Notes: generated by a model from the letters alone, not told the origin. A DNA stretch of 35,655 nucleotides from Candidatus Eiseniibacteriota bacterium (GCA_034440375.1 JAWXBZ010000137.1:1-35655); one strand, 5' to 3'; shown: positions 15,845 to 25,973, numbered from the stretch's first letter. Numbers and translations are program-made.

Positions 15845-17302
15845 TCAGAAGCTGGCCATCCCTTCCAGAACTGGCCGGGGGCGTCCCCCCTTCGGCTCGA
15901 TCCAGAGTTCGCTCGACATATAGGGTTGAACCAGGTGGGGGTGGGTCTTGAACCAGGCCCGCCACGCCCCATCGGGTGACTGGATCGATCCGAACTGGAA
16001 TTCTCCCAGCATGTCGTGAATCGGCCGGCGAAGCACTTCGTAGCCTGTCACCGCACCCGAACGAAAGCCGGCGGCGGCGAACTTCTTCGCCAGGCCGGCG
16101 GCCCCGGTGGAGTCGTCGAAACTGCCGATCGTGATTTCAAACCGCTTGGGGTCGGGCTGCCGGAGCAGGCTCCAGCCTGTCCCCTTCGTCCCGCCCAGGA
16201 TCGGGCTGGCGGCCCGAAAAGCGGCGCTCGCCGAGTCAGCCAGTGTATGAATCTCGCCCGCCAGGCGGACCGTCCAGACATGGGGCACCGGCAGGATCCG
16301 ATTGGACAGCCAGGGCGGAGTCATCGACAGGCCGACATGGTTCATGGCCCCGGTTCTGGCATCCACCTGCTCGAGGGCGCTCGGCCGACTGGTGACAAAG
16401 GCCCGGGAGGAATCCGCCCAGACACAGGCATCGAATCGGCCCGTGCCCAGGTTTCGTGCCTCCTGGCCCGGGCGGATCAGCCACAGTTGACCGGGACTCA
16501 TGACGTTCTTGATGTCAACCGGGCAAGTCGCCATCAGAATCGGACCACCTCCCTGCGGCCATGCCAGAAACTCGGGCCGGCAATCCAGGCAGAGTGTGTC
16601 ACTGCCCGCCTCGGCGTTGCCCCAGACCGCCACACTCGGCAGCCCCTCAATTTCAAGCTGCCAGATGGTTCCGGGAAACCGTTCCGGGCTGACCGGGCGA
16701 CCCCTTCCCGGTTGCTCGCGCCGCACGGCTGAAAGGCCACGACTGTGAGTCTGGAAATAGTTGAGCAGGGGTGCGCCACACCCTTCATCGGCCCGCATCC
16801 GAACTGGCTCGCCGGTGTCCAGCGGCAGGCGGTAGACGCCGTTGACAGAGCCATCCCAGTCGTTGCACCGAATGACCATCGCGGCCGACACCTCCCGGTC
16901 GTACGCGAAGTGGACGATTTGAATCGGCTGGAACGGGTGCTGACTCATGAGTAGACGGGTCTTGCCGGTTACCAGGTCATGATCGTAGAGGCCCCAGCGT
17001 CCCCGCGTGAGAATTCGATTGCCATCACGCGAAACGGAGATTTCCAGTGCCGAGGGAGAAACGCAGGTGATGGCTCCGGTGGCGGGATCGACCGTGAGCG
17101 TATCCTCGAACGATTCGCCGTTGACGCGATTCCAGTAGCGGCCGATGACACCCAGCGACTTTCCGTCGGGGCTCCAGGCCATCCGGTCGAAGACAAAATA
17201 CTGGGGCGTCCAGGCCGCGGCCGCACCGGAGAACAGGAGCGCGAGAAGCGGAAAAGTGAGGGCCGCCGTCGCGAGGCCTCGGCGAATGCTCGGCAATCTC
17301 AT
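15845..17302 (-). CDS. Exported TolB-like beta-propeller protein with SPOR-like insert (paralog B)
   Basis: Signal peptide ending AAAA; WSPDG-type blade repeats; FEITIGSFDDSTGAAGLAKKFAAAG resembles a SPOR half-domain. Start re-called to ATG 17302 (ATGA overlap). Confidence 0.7.
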   Translation of the reverse strand: MRLPSIRRGLATAALTFPLLALLFSGAAAAWTPQYFVFDRMAWSPDGKSLGVIGRYWNRVNGESFEDTLTVDPATGAITCVSPSALEISVSRDGNRILTRGRWGLYDHDLVTGKTRLLMSQHPFQPIQIVHFAYDREVSAAMVIRCNDWDGSVNGVYRLPLDTGEPVRMRADEGCGAPLLNYFQTHSRGLSAVRREQPGRGRPVSPERFPGTIWQLEIEGLPSVAVWGNAEAGSDTLCLDCRPEFLAWPQGGGPILMATCPVDIKNVMSPGQLWLIRPGQEARNLGTGRFDACVWADSSRAFVTSRPSALEQVDARTGAMNHVGLSMTPPWLSNRILPVPHVWTVRLAGEIHTLADSASAAFRAASPILGGTKGTGWSLLRQPDPKRFEITIGSFDDSTGAAGLAKKFAAAGFRSGAVTGYEVLRRPIHDMLGEFQFGSIQSPDGAWRAWFKTHPHLVQPYMSSELWIEPKGGRPRPVLEGMASF

Positions 17303-18678
17303 CGGGTCATCTCCCGTGTCAGCAGTCGAAAGGGCGTCTGTCCGACGCGTTCCAGCCAGATTTCCGCCCCACCGCCGGCTGCCTCCAGCCGTCGAATCCA
17401 CGCCCGATCACCCGGACCATTTCGCGTGGAGCCATAGTCGAACGACCCGGTCATGGCGCGTGCCTTCGTCATGATCGGCTCGACGTCAAGACCGCTTGCC
17501 TTAAAAACCGGCGCCGCGGTGGCGGCATCCTCGATTGCGGGGAACACTCCGATCAATTGTCCCTCGCCATTCATGCGGCGGCCGAAGACCAGCGCGCCTT
17601 CCCGCCATGCCGAAGGCAGACGGGCGGCGCAGTTCCGGACCAGGTTTTGCTGGTGCTCGAATTTACGGGCCGAGCGTGGCCATCCGCTCACGGAGAGCGT
17701 GGCCACACGCGCTTCGGGCGCCAGCTGAGTCAGCCACTCGGACGATTGGCTGAGTTCGATCACTGACAGGGAATCGATGTCCGCATGGTAGCGGTAGAGC
17801 TTCCCATCCACTGAATGAACCAGGGCCTCCTGATCGTTCAACCAGGCGCCGGGCAGGGACCGGCTCGAGAGCAGGAGCCGGATCGCGCCACCGGCCGTGG
17901 CGGCGAACAGCCTGGCCCCACCGCCCTCCCGATCATCCAGGGACACGAGTGCCCTCCGGCCGCCAGGTGGCCAGGTGGCCCATGCAACTTCCACCTGATC
18001 GAGCTCGGCCCGGCTCCCCTCGTAGCCGGTGTCGATGACCAACCGACGCCCGTCATAGTCAAGTATCAGGGAGGGAGTCCCGGGCACCGTGATGCGTCGG
18101 GCCGAGCGCATCCCCGCCACGTTTGGCTCCTGGGGGGGGAGCACCTCGCCCGCCCATCCGGCTGGCGATGCCGCACCGGGCTTGTGCGTGGCCAACCGAA
18201 TGACCGATTCCCCCGGCACCCAGCGATAGAATCCTCCGCTCCGATCGCCGTGGGCGCCGGTCAGAAAAGCCGCACCCTTGCCGTTTCGCCGAAAGGCGAA
18301 ATCGTACAGACGTTCCGTTGATGCCGGAGGCTGGAAGTGGATCTGGATCAAGCGGCCCGTCGCCAGTTCGTACCACCAGAGTCCGTGGTCCCCCAGGAGC
18401 AGCGCCGCATCGCCGCCGGCGGAAACCTGGAGCGCACGAACGTCCGGCGCCACGGTCACCTGACCGGAGGGATCGATGGGAACGAGCAATTGCCGAGGCG
18501 CGGCGCCGGGCGACAGATCGGGAAAAGCCAGAACGGCGAGTGTGTCCCCGGCTGGATTCCAGCTGAGCCGGTCATAGATCCAGGACGAAACGGGAGCGGC
18601 GGCGCCGGCGGTCAGCGGATCGATTCCGGCGAGCAGCACGACGAGTGCCAGTACCGCGAATCGCAAGTCCGGCCGCAT
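17299..18678 (-). CDS. Exported TolB-like beta-propeller protein with SPOR-like insert (paralog A)
   Basis: Signal peptide; LSWNPAGD, ATWPPGG, AWLNDQ blade-like motifs; collinear similarity to the downstream gene; TGATG overlap with the upstream gene. Confidence 0.7.
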   Translation of the reverse strand: MRPDLRFAVLALVVLLAGIDPLTAGAAAPVSSWIYDRLSWNPAGDTLAVLAFPDLSPGAAPRQLLVPIDPSGQVTVAPDVRALQVSAGGDAALLLGDHGLWWYELATGRLIQIHFQPPASTERLYDFAFRRNGKGAAFLTGAHGDRSGGFYRWVPGESVIRLATHKPGAASPAGWAGEVLPPQEPNVAGMRSARRITVPGTPSLILDYDGRRLVIDTGYEGSRAELDQVEVAWATWPPGGRRALVSLDDREGGGARLFAATAGGAIRLLLSSRSLPGAWLNDQEALVHSVDGKLYRYHADIDSLSVIELSQSSEWLTQLAPEARVATLSVSGWPRSARKFEHQQNLVRNCAARLPSAWREGALVFGRRMNGEGQLIGVFPAIEDAATAAPVFKASGLDVEPIMTKARAMTGSFDYGSTRNGPGDRAWIRRLEAAGGGAEIWLERVGQTPFRLLTREMTR

Positions 18679-19955
18679 CAGGTCTTGTGCTTCTTCTTTT
18701 CCGCCGCCGGGAAGAGGACGTTGTTCAGGATCAGGCGGTACCCGGGAGAATTTGGGTGCAGTGACAGGTCGGTCGGCGGATCGCCCACCTGATGCTGGTA
18801 GTCCTCGGGGTCATGGCCACCGTAGAACGTGAACGTTCCCTGCCCCCAGTTGCCATTCAGGTACTTCACCTCGCGGGTCCCCTCGACCTGCCCCATCAGG
18901 ATGAGGCCCTTCTTGATGAGGTCACGCCGGAAGCCGGTTGTCTGTCCCATGAAACCCGGAATGATGTTCGTGTGACACTGGGTCAGCATGGTCTGGACCG
19001 GGTCTTCCTTGGCCGAAAAATCGAACAGCGTGAAGAAATCGGCTTCCGGTCCACGCGCCTGGCTCTGGTTTGACGTGTCCAGGTTTGAGAATTCGTAAAC
19101 CAGCGGATTCATCTCGAGGATGAAATTCGTGAAAGCCAGGCACTTCGAAAAGTCGAGCTTTGACTGGGCACCCGGATCGGAGGGGTCGCCGTCATACATT
19201 GATTCGGCGATGTCGGCGCCCTCGGCCGCCAGCGCGATGTCATAGCTATCGGTGGCCGAGCACATCGCGAACATGAAACCGCCCTGAGCGATGTACTCCT
19301 TGATCGAGCGGGCCACGGCCTTCTTGCACTCGCTGACCTTGGCGAAGCCGAGTCGGCGTGCGTCGGTCTCGTACGTGGCCTGTTGCTGACGGTACCAGTC
19401 GGCGTTGCGAAAATTGGCGAAGAACCGACCATACTGTCCCGTGAAATCTTCATGGTGGAGGTGTAGCCAATCGTACTTGGACAGATCGCCATTCAACACC
19501 TGTTCATCCCAGATCTGTGTGTACGGAATGTCGGCGTAGGTCAGGGCCATCGTCACGGCGTCGTCCCAGGGAACGAAGCCTGGCGGAATATACACGGCCA
19601 TGCGAGGCGCCTTTTCCAGGAGCACCAGCTCCATGTTGGCCGATTCGATCTCCCGGTAGATGGCTCCGGCGGCGCCGTCGTCGATCACCTCGGAGGATAC
19701 ACCGCGGATGCGGGCCTCGCGCGGGACGTCGCTGTTGTTGCTGAAAAGGAAACTGCCGCCGCGATAGTTCAACAGCCACTCCACGGTTTCGCCGTTCAGC
19801 AGCGCCCAGTAGGCCAGCCCGTAGGCCTTGAGATGGTTTGTCTGCTTCAGGTCCATCGGCACCAGCAGCCGGGCGTCGGCGCTCGCGGCGCGGCCGACGA
19901 GGGCCATCGCCGCGAGAATCAGAACCGCCAGGAAGCGGCGGGGACTACGACTCAT
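18678..19955 (-). CDS. Exported class-I glutamine-amidotransferase-like protein (family commonly auto-annotated 'asparagine synthetase B' in Bacteroidota)
   Basis: Family motifs QTNHLKAYG, WLLNYRGGSF, PWDDAVT, DWLHLHHEDFTGQYG, GGFMFAMCSATDS, GGHDPEDYQH, NSPGYRLILNNVLFPAA; cleavable signal peptide. Confidence 0.8.
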   Translation of the reverse strand: MSRSPRRFLAVLILAAMALVGRAASADARLLVPMDLKQTNHLKAYGLAYWALLNGETVEWLLNYRGGSFLFSNNSDVPREARIRGVSSEVIDDGAAGAIYREIESANMELVLLEKAPRMAVYIPPGFVPWDDAVTMALTYADIPYTQIWDEQVLNGDLSKYDWLHLHHEDFTGQYGRFFANFRNADWYRQQQATYETDARRLGFAKVSECKKAVARSIKEYIAQGGFMFAMCSATDSYDIALAAEGADIAESMYDGDPSDPGAQSKLDFSKCLAFTNFILEMNPLVYEFSNLDTSNQSQARGPEADFFTLFDFSAKEDPVQTMLTQCHTNIIPGFMGQTTGFRRDLIKKGLILMGQVEGTREVKYLNGNWGQGTFTFYGGHDPEDYQHQVGDPPTDLSLHPNSPGYRLILNNVLFPAAEKKKHKT

Positions 19956-21663
19956 CGTGCTTCCTCAGGCGCTCGACCGGCCGACGGACTTCCGCTGCCA
20001 GTAGATTCTGTGGATATTCGTCCAGCAACCGCTCGTAGGCTGCCAGTGCGCGCTTCTTGTCGCCGAGGTCTTTCAGACAGATGTCTCCCATCACGGCGAG
20101 GGCATAGGCCGCGGATCGTGCCTTGGGGTGCTCGTCGGCCGCCCGGGCGCACAGGGCAAGGGCGTCCTCGCTCTTGCCGGGGCGGGCGCGGAGAATTTCA
20201 GCCTGTCGAATCAGGCCGTCCGCGGCCAGATCCGAGGTGGTGAAAGTCGTCGCCAGCTCCACGGCGGCAGTCCAGGTGGCGGTCGTGTCGGCCATCCGTT
20301 GAAATTGTTCCATGCGGGCGTAGGCCTTGAGTGCTTCCAAATCTTTCTGGTCCTTGGCCCGGGCAATCTGGAGATAGCGCCCGACGGCGTCGTTCGTCTT
20401 CCGGGTCCGGGTGAAGTTCTCGGCCACCATCTGGTAGGCCGGTTGCGCCCCATCGAAGTCGCCGCCATAGAAACGAATTTCAGCCACCAGGAAGGCGCCT
20501 TCGGCCTGCGTCTCGATGTCGGCCTTCGAGCCCTTCAAACGTTCGAGAGTCGTGAGCGCCTCCTCCGTCTGATTGAGGCGCAGCTGGCATTCCGCCATCG
20601 GAAGGTAAAGGTCGCCTTTGCGGTCGCCGAGAGCCGGGTTGGCCTCGAGCTTTTGAAGGGTGGAGAGGGCCGCGGCATGATCATGCAGATCGTACAGTTG
20701 CGCGCGCGCCAGCGATTCCAACGCTGTGAGGGCTTCCGATGACTTGGGGGCCAGCGAAGCGATCCCCTGCCACGCCTCTATCTGGACACGCGGGTTCTTG
20801 TTGCGTCCGGCCAGTTCACCGAGCCGTTTCCAGGCCGCCATGCGGGCCTGATCGGTCGTTGCTTCCGCCGCCGCGTGACCAAGTGCCTTTTCAGCCAGGG
20901 CCCCTTTCCCCTGCACCTCGAGTTCTTCGGCAAATTCAACGATCAACTGTCCCCCGGACTTGGCGGCTCGATCGGCCTCGACCACTTCGGTGAGCGCCGC
21001 CGATTCGTTTCCGCCCCGAAGCAGCTGATCCGCCAGAAGGATGCGCAGTTCCGGCTTGTCGGGATTATCCCGGACGACCTTCCGCACAGCCGCTTCAACT
21101 TTGCCGGCCATCACGGCCTCGCCGGAAATCTCCTCCAGGGATCGGAGGGCCCATGACACGGGAGGTACCTGACCGGGGCCCGGATCGTCGAGCGCCCGGA
21201 TCACATCATCCAGATAATCGGCCCAGCGATCCTGCGCCCGGTGCACGGTAGCAAGGCTCCGATCAATCCCGGCGTCGGCCCCCCGCTCACGGCGCCAGCC
21301 GCCGAGCAACTTTTCGGCGTCGTCCATGCGGCCGAGAGCGACGAGTTCGTCGGCGCACCCGCGCGTGGCGTTCAGGTCGGCCGGCCAGGTGGTCAGAATC
21401 TGTTCGTAGGTACCCGAGGCCGCAAGATGCTGCCCCTGGCTGGCCTGCCTGGCGGCATTGCGCATGAGCTGGTTGTAGCGGGGGTCGGCTGGCGCGTTGG
21501 GCGTCGGACGAACCGCGGGGGCCACCCTGGCCTTCACGGAGGGCGCGGTTGGGACCTGGCCGGACACCGGGGTCGTCACCGCTCCGGCCACCAGGACTGA
21601 GAGGGTGGCGGCGGCCGCCATCCATCGAGACGCCGTCAACCGACGACCGACATGACGACGCAT
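19945..21663 (-). CDS. Exported tetratricopeptide-repeat protein
   Basis: Signal-peptide-like N-terminus; many TPR helices, with CpoB/BamD-like C-terminal repeats (ALAAYERLLDEYPQNLLAAEVR); TGATG overlap with the upstream gene. Confidence 0.85.
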   Translation of the reverse strand: MRRHVGRRLTASRWMAAAATLSVLVAGAVTTPVSGQVPTAPSVKARVAPAVRPTPNAPADPRYNQLMRNAARQASQGQHLAASGTYEQILTTWPADLNATRGCADELVALGRMDDAEKLLGGWRRERGADAGIDRSLATVHRAQDRWADYLDDVIRALDDPGPGQVPPVSWALRSLEEISGEAVMAGKVEAAVRKVVRDNPDKPELRILLADQLLRGGNESAALTEVVEADRAAKSGGQLIVEFAEELEVQGKGALAEKALGHAAAEATTDQARMAAWKRLGELAGRNKNPRVQIEAWQGIASLAPKSSEALTALESLARAQLYDLHDHAAALSTLQKLEANPALGDRKGDLYLPMAECQLRLNQTEEALTTLERLKGSKADIETQAEGAFLVAEIRFYGGDFDGAQPAYQMVAENFTRTRKTNDAVGRYLQIARAKDQKDLEALKAYARMEQFQRMADTTATWTAAVELATTFTTSDLAADGLIRQAEILRARPGKSEDALALCARAADEHPKARSAAYALAVMGDICLKDLGDKKRALAAYERLLDEYPQNLLAAEVRRPVERLRKHDES

Positions 21664-24600
21664 CAACGACCCGGTTCCGGTGCCGCGGATTTCTTGTCGG
21701 ACAGGGCGCGGAAGTACTTTTCAACCAGGGCGCGAAACTGCGCCGGGAACTGATCGGACTGGCCGCGCAGGATGTCGCTGCGGAGGCGCTCCGAACCGCC
21801 GAGTTGGTCACCCGTCAGGGGGCCGGGCGATGGACGAGTCAGCTGTTCGGCGGTTTTCGACTCCCGTTCCTCGCGCTCGTCCTTCCGGCGGACCGATTTC
21901 TGGGCATCCAGGAGGCGGTTCAGGATCTTCTCCTGCCGCTCGAGGAGCTTGTCGCTGACGCCGTTCTTCCTCATCTCGTCGGCGACATCGCCCATTTCCT
22001 TGCCGAGCTGATCGAGCCGCCCGAGCATGTCCTTTCGTTCGCCCATCTTGCCGGCCACCTCGTTCAGCCCGCGCTTGATCATCTCCTGGCGGGCGGCCAT
22101 GTCTTCCATCTGGCGGGCGCCGCTCCCCTCGCGGGACAGGCGCGGCTGAGAGCCTTTGCCGTTGGCCATTGATTGCGCCTGATCATTGAGATCCTGCTGC
22201 TGCTCGGAAAGGCCGGCCATCTTCTGCATCTGTTCCTGGAAGCCGGTCGAGCTGCCCGAGTTGCACATGGAGGAATGTGATTCCATCAGTTCGACAATCG
22301 CCTCGTTCAAATCGCCGGCCGATTCCTTCCCCTCGCGCATGGCCCCGCCCATGTTGCCGCCGGAGTAGGCCTCGGTGGCCGACTTCATCCTCTTCATCGC
22401 CGAACCAATCATCGTTTTCTGCTCGTCGTTGACGAAGAGCGTTCGCTTTCCCAGGGCCTCGAGTTCAAGGGCCGACTTGAGTACGCCATCCATCAGAACC
22501 CGCTGGCGGCCGGCCATCTCCGTTTCGGCAGTGCCGGGGGCCTGGGCCAGCAGTTCCTCCTGGGCGCTCGACACGTCCACCAGGTCCTGGATGACCGCCA
22601 TCATCTTTTCCTGCATTTCGCGCTTCTTGGCGGCATTGGAGTTCTGCTGGGCCTTCTTCATCTCCTGGGCCATCTGTTTGGCGTCCTCGGCGGCCTTGAA
22701 GGCGAAGTCGAGCGCCTTCTCTTTCTCTCCCTGGCGGAGCGACTCCTCGGATTTTTCCATCTTCTGTTTCATGTCCTCTTGCTTGGGCGACTGCTTGGCC
22801 TGGTCCAGCTCTTCCTGGAGTTTCTTTTCGTTTTCCGCCAGCTTGGACAGTTCATCGAGCTGTTTCGCCAGATCTTCGGCCTTTTTCTTCGCTTCCTCCT
22901 GACGGTCGGCCAGGTCCTCGTTTTCTTTTTTCTCGGCAGCCGGATCCTTGCCGTCCTTGTCCTGCCCCTTCTGGTCCTTCTCCGATTCCTTCTCGATGTC
23001 GCCGGCCAGTTTTTCCTGCTCGCGGGCCAGTTCCTCGGCCTTGCGGACACTGTCCTCGAGCATCTCCTCCTTGCGAATCTCCTTGAGCATCTCGATCGTC
23101 TTGTCGAGTCCCTTGACCATCTCTTCCTGGTCAAGCTTGAAATTCTCGAGGGCCTTGTTGATCGCCTCCTGATCCATGTTCTTGAGGGCTTCGTTCAATT
23201 TTTCAAACGACTCCTTCAATTTTTCATTCTGGATCGAACTCATCAGCTCGGAGATTTCCTGCATCTTCTGCAGCAGTTCCGGGGAGAGGAAGGTTTCCTC
23301 CTGGGCTTTCTTGAGCGTTTCTTGCAGCTGGCGGGCGGTCTGTTCGAGCTGCTTCTCGAGCTGGGCCTGCTTTTCGAGGAGATTTTCCATCTCCTTCTTC
23401 CTGTCCCAGGACAGCTCGTCGCCGCGCTTCGACTCGCGGGCCAGTTTCTCGAGCTGCTCCTGCAGCTCCTTTCCCTGCTGAAGCGTCGAGGAAAGGTCGT
23501 CGATCTGCTGTTCGTGCTCGTCCTGAACCTCGGCGTAAATCTCCTCCATAGTCGGGAAACGGAGACGCCGAACCTCGCTTCTGGCCGACTTGGGTCCACT
23601 CACCCGGTCATTGTCGAAGACTTCGAGGAAGTAGCTGACCTCGCTGCCGGGAACCAGGTTCAGCGGCACCAGATCCCAGTTGAAGTCGGCGTGCAGCTCG
23701 GCCGTTCCGGCCGAGAAATCGCGGAGGCGGAGGCGTCCGTCACTTCCGTCCTTCACCGACCAGATCAGATCCAGGCGGGAAAGACCAAAATCATCCACGG
23801 CCTCGGCGGACAGCATGAGCGACATTTCCTCGGGAATCGGCAGGTCCTCCGAAGGCGAGACCAGCCGGATGACCGGTGGCCGATCCGGCGCTGATTCAAT
23901 TCGGAAGCGGGGCGACGTGAATTTATCCACGCCGGCCGCATCACGCAGGTTGATGGTGTACTCCTGCGGTTCACCGACCATTGTCAGCCGCGTTTCCCAG
24001 TTGGGAGCGTCGACGGCATCGAGCGGAGTGACCCCGGTCAACACGACCGACCCGGCCGGGCCCTTAGTCATGACGGCCGAGCCCATCGGGCGATTGGCCA
24101 GCACCTTGAGCAGGACACGGGTCCCGGTCAGGGCGGCCAGGTCGCCGCTGCCGCTGGTCATGTTCTCGGGTTCCTTGCCGGTGTACTCGGGGTAGTAGTA
24201 GGTGATCTCGAAGCCGGCCACCCGTGGCGCCTCGTTCACGACGATCTTCCAGACCGGTGTTTCGGTCTTGTGAACCATCACCTGGTATTCCTGGTCGCGC
24301 TCCACGCGTGACAACGCGGTTCGATAGGCCACCGCCCCGCCCGCCACTTCCGGCACTCCGGCCGGCACGTTCAATCGCCGTGACATCCAGATGCCGCCCG
24401 TTTCGCGCACGCGAAGGACCGGTGGTTCCGTCGTGCCGGTGACGACGATGTCCAGCGCGACGTCGGCTCCCCGTTCGATGGTCCGGTCGCCGGGCTGAAC
24501 CGTGATGGTTACGGGAGCCAGCGCGGCCAGCCGCGGGTCGATCAACTTCCGGGCTGCGCCACCGAATCGTTCCGGGCCGGCCATGAAAAGGAGAAGCGCG

Positions 24601-25097
24601 GCAAGCGCTGAGGCGCCCGCGAGGCTGATCCACCAGTTTCGATCGTTTTTTCGGTTGCGCCATCCGGACAGGTTGACACCGGCCGCCGCGCGGGCGCCCC
24701 GCTCAACCACGGCCTCGACCAGATCGGGGGCGAAGATGGCCGTGCCGGCCTGACTCTTTCCGAGCTGCCAGGCGCTGACGATGATGTTCTTGTTCTGGTC
24801 ATGCCGCGCGTCGAGCCACTCGACAAACTGCTCCGGATTCGGCCGCGAACGATACGGCCGAAGCAGAACCCGCCACAGGGCGTATCCGACTGCCGCAAGC
24901 GCCGCCATCGACAGGCCGAGGGCTGGGGCCGAGCCAAGAGGCAACAGGAGATGCAGGGCCGTGCCGACGACGAATCCAGCCAGTGCCACGGCCAGAAGCC
25001 GCAGCGTGCCGGCGGCGAGAACCTCCCGGGTCAGTTGCTGCCGCCCATCCTGAATTCGGCGGGCTATGTCGTGATGGGCCGCTTTCCAGTTCTCCAT
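21663..25097 (-). CDS. DUF4175-like membrane protein with Ig-like domains and long coiled coil
   Basis: Three N-terminal TM segments; beta-rich Ig-like region (PDRPPVIRL, AVDDFGLS, YFLEVFDND.VSGPK); about 600 aa of E/K/Q-rich heptads; C-terminal PAQFRALVEKYFRAL motif; GAGG RBS. Confidence 0.8.
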   Translation of the reverse strand: MENWKAAHHDIARRIQDGRQQLTREVLAAGTLRLLAVALAGFVVGTALHLLLPLGSAPALGLSMAALAAVGYALWRVLLRPYRSRPNPEQFVEWLDARHDQNKNIIVSAWQLGKSQAGTAIFAPDLVEAVVERGARAAAGVNLSGWRNRKNDRNWWISLAGASALAALLLFMAGPERFGGAARKLIDPRLAALAPVTITVQPGDRTIERGADVALDIVVTGTTEPPVLRVRETGGIWMSRRLNVPAGVPEVAGGAVAYRTALSRVERDQEYQVMVHKTETPVWKIVVNEAPRVAGFEITYYYPEYTGKEPENMTSGSGDLAALTGTRVLLKVLANRPMGSAVMTKGPAGSVVLTGVTPLDAVDAPNWETRLTMVGEPQEYTINLRDAAGVDKFTSPRFRIESAPDRPPVIRLVSPSEDLPIPEEMSLMLSAEAVDDFGLSRLDLIWSVKDGSDGRLRLRDFSAGTAELHADFNWDLVPLNLVPGSEVSYFLEVFDNDRVSGPKSARSEVRRLRFPTMEEIYAEVQDEHEQQIDDLSSTLQQGKELQEQLEKLARESKRGDELSWDRKKEMENLLEKQAQLEKQLEQTARQLQETLKKAQEETFLSPELLQKMQEISELMSSIQNEKLKESFEKLNEALKNMDQEAINKALENFKLDQEEMVKGLDKTIEMLKEIRKEEMLEDSVRKAEELAREQEKLAGDIEKESEKDQKGQDKDGKDPAAEKKENEDLADRQEEAKKKAEDLAKQLDELSKLAENEKKLQEELDQAKQSPKQEDMKQKMEKSEESLRQGEKEKALDFAFKAAEDAKQMAQEMKKAQQNSNAAKKREMQEKMMAVIQDLVDVSSAQEELLAQAPGTAETEMAGRQRVLMDGVLKSALELEALGKRTLFVNDEQKTMIGSAMKRMKSATEAYSGGNMGGAMREGKESAGDLNEAIVELMESHSSMCNSGSSTGFQEQMQKMAGLSEQQQDLNDQAQSMANGKGSQPRLSREGSGARQMEDMAARQEMIKRGLNEVAGKMGERKDMLGRLDQLGKEMGDVADEMRKNGVSDKLLERQEKILNRLLDAQKSVRRKDEREERESKTAEQLTRPSPGPLTGDQLGGSERLRSDILRGQSDQFPAQFRALVEKYFRALSDKKSAAPEPGR

Positions 25098-25107
25098 GGT
25101 GACCTCG

Positions 25108-25842
25108 TCAGTGGGTCATGACGTAAACAACAATATTCACAGCCACTTGCATGGCCATTTCGCGGACTGCCGGGGAGTCGTTGTGAACCTCGGCGTCCTC
25201 GATACCGTCGCCGATGTCGGTTTCATAGGTGTAGAGGGCCACCAGTCGCCCGTCGCGGAAGAGCCCGAACCCCTGGGCCGGCTTGCCATCATGCTCGTGA
25301 ATTTTTGGCAGTCCCCCGGGAAACGAGTAGAACGAATGATAGATCGGATGGTCGAAGGGGAGTTCGACCAGCGGTGTTTCCGGATACAGGCGCCGCATCT
25401 CGCGTCGGAACGAGGCATCCATGCCGTAGTTGTCATCAGCCCACAGGAAGCCGCCACTTTCCAGATACTCGCGCAGCGTTGCCAGTTCCGACTCGGTGAA
25501 CTTCACCTCGCCGTGGCCGTTCAGATAGAGCAGCGGATAAAGATAGAGCGACGGATCGTCGAGCCCGACACGGGCCTCCTCCCCATCACCCTCCACGGCG
25601 ATTCCGGTTCGATCGTGGACCTGGGACATGAGATTGGGCAGCGACGAAGGGTTTGAGTACCAGTCCCCGCCGCCACCGTACTTCAGGCGGGCGGCGCGAA
25701 AGCCAACCCCCGCCCCGGCCGGCAATGGGGTGGTCAGCATGACACCAATAACTACCACCCCGCACATCAGGCTGGAGACGCCGTTCGAGATCAAATTGAT
25801 CATCAAACCGTGCCGCGGGATGCGTGAGACCGGGAGTGACAT
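25108..25842 (-). CDS. DUF4159 domain protein
   Basis: ARLKYGGGGDWY, YPLLYLNGHG, LREYLESGGFLWADDNYG, HPIYHSFY.F..GLPKIHEHDGK, DIGDGIED..VH.D; hydrophobic N-terminal signal. Start uncertain (25890, 25842 or 25803). Confidence 0.88.
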   Translation of the reverse strand: MSLPVSRIPRHGLMINLISNGVSSLMCGVVVIGVMLTTPLPAGAGVGFRAARLKYGGGGDWYSNPSSLPNLMSQVHDRTGIAVEGDGEEARVGLDDPSLYLYPLLYLNGHGEVKFTESELATLREYLESGGFLWADDNYGMDASFRREMRRLYPETPLVELPFDHPIYHSFYSFPGGLPKIHEHDGKPAQGFGLFRDGRLVALYTYETDIGDGIEDAEVHNDSPAVREMAMQVAVNIVVYVMTH

Positions 25843-25973
25843 GGTCGAGGCATTCTCCAGAGTAGTCGAACGAAGGAGGGTCTTGAACACGGTCGTCGGG
25901 CTTCAGTTCCAACACGCGACGGGGCAAACGTTTACATCGGTCGGGACCGTGGGAACGCTACCCCGTTTTCTTC

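Noticed and set aside
14459-15979. 506-aa plus-strand ORF spanning acpS, the HAD gene and the zinc-ribbon gene
   Set aside because: Antisense shadow of well-supported genes in GC-rich DNA; no motifs, no RBS, and composition shifts at the real gene boundaries.
22600-23520. Repetitive-looking purine/pyrimidine-skewed DNA
   Set aside because: Reflects E/K/Q-rich coiled-coil coding in the DUF4175 gene; no fixed-length repeat-spacer structure, so not CRISPR or a tandem repeat.
25921-25964. GGGCAAAC...GGGAACGC sequence reminiscent of a c-di-GMP-I riboswitch
   Set aside because: On the strand opposite the downstream gene, and lacks the GAAA tetraloop stem and the second hairpin.
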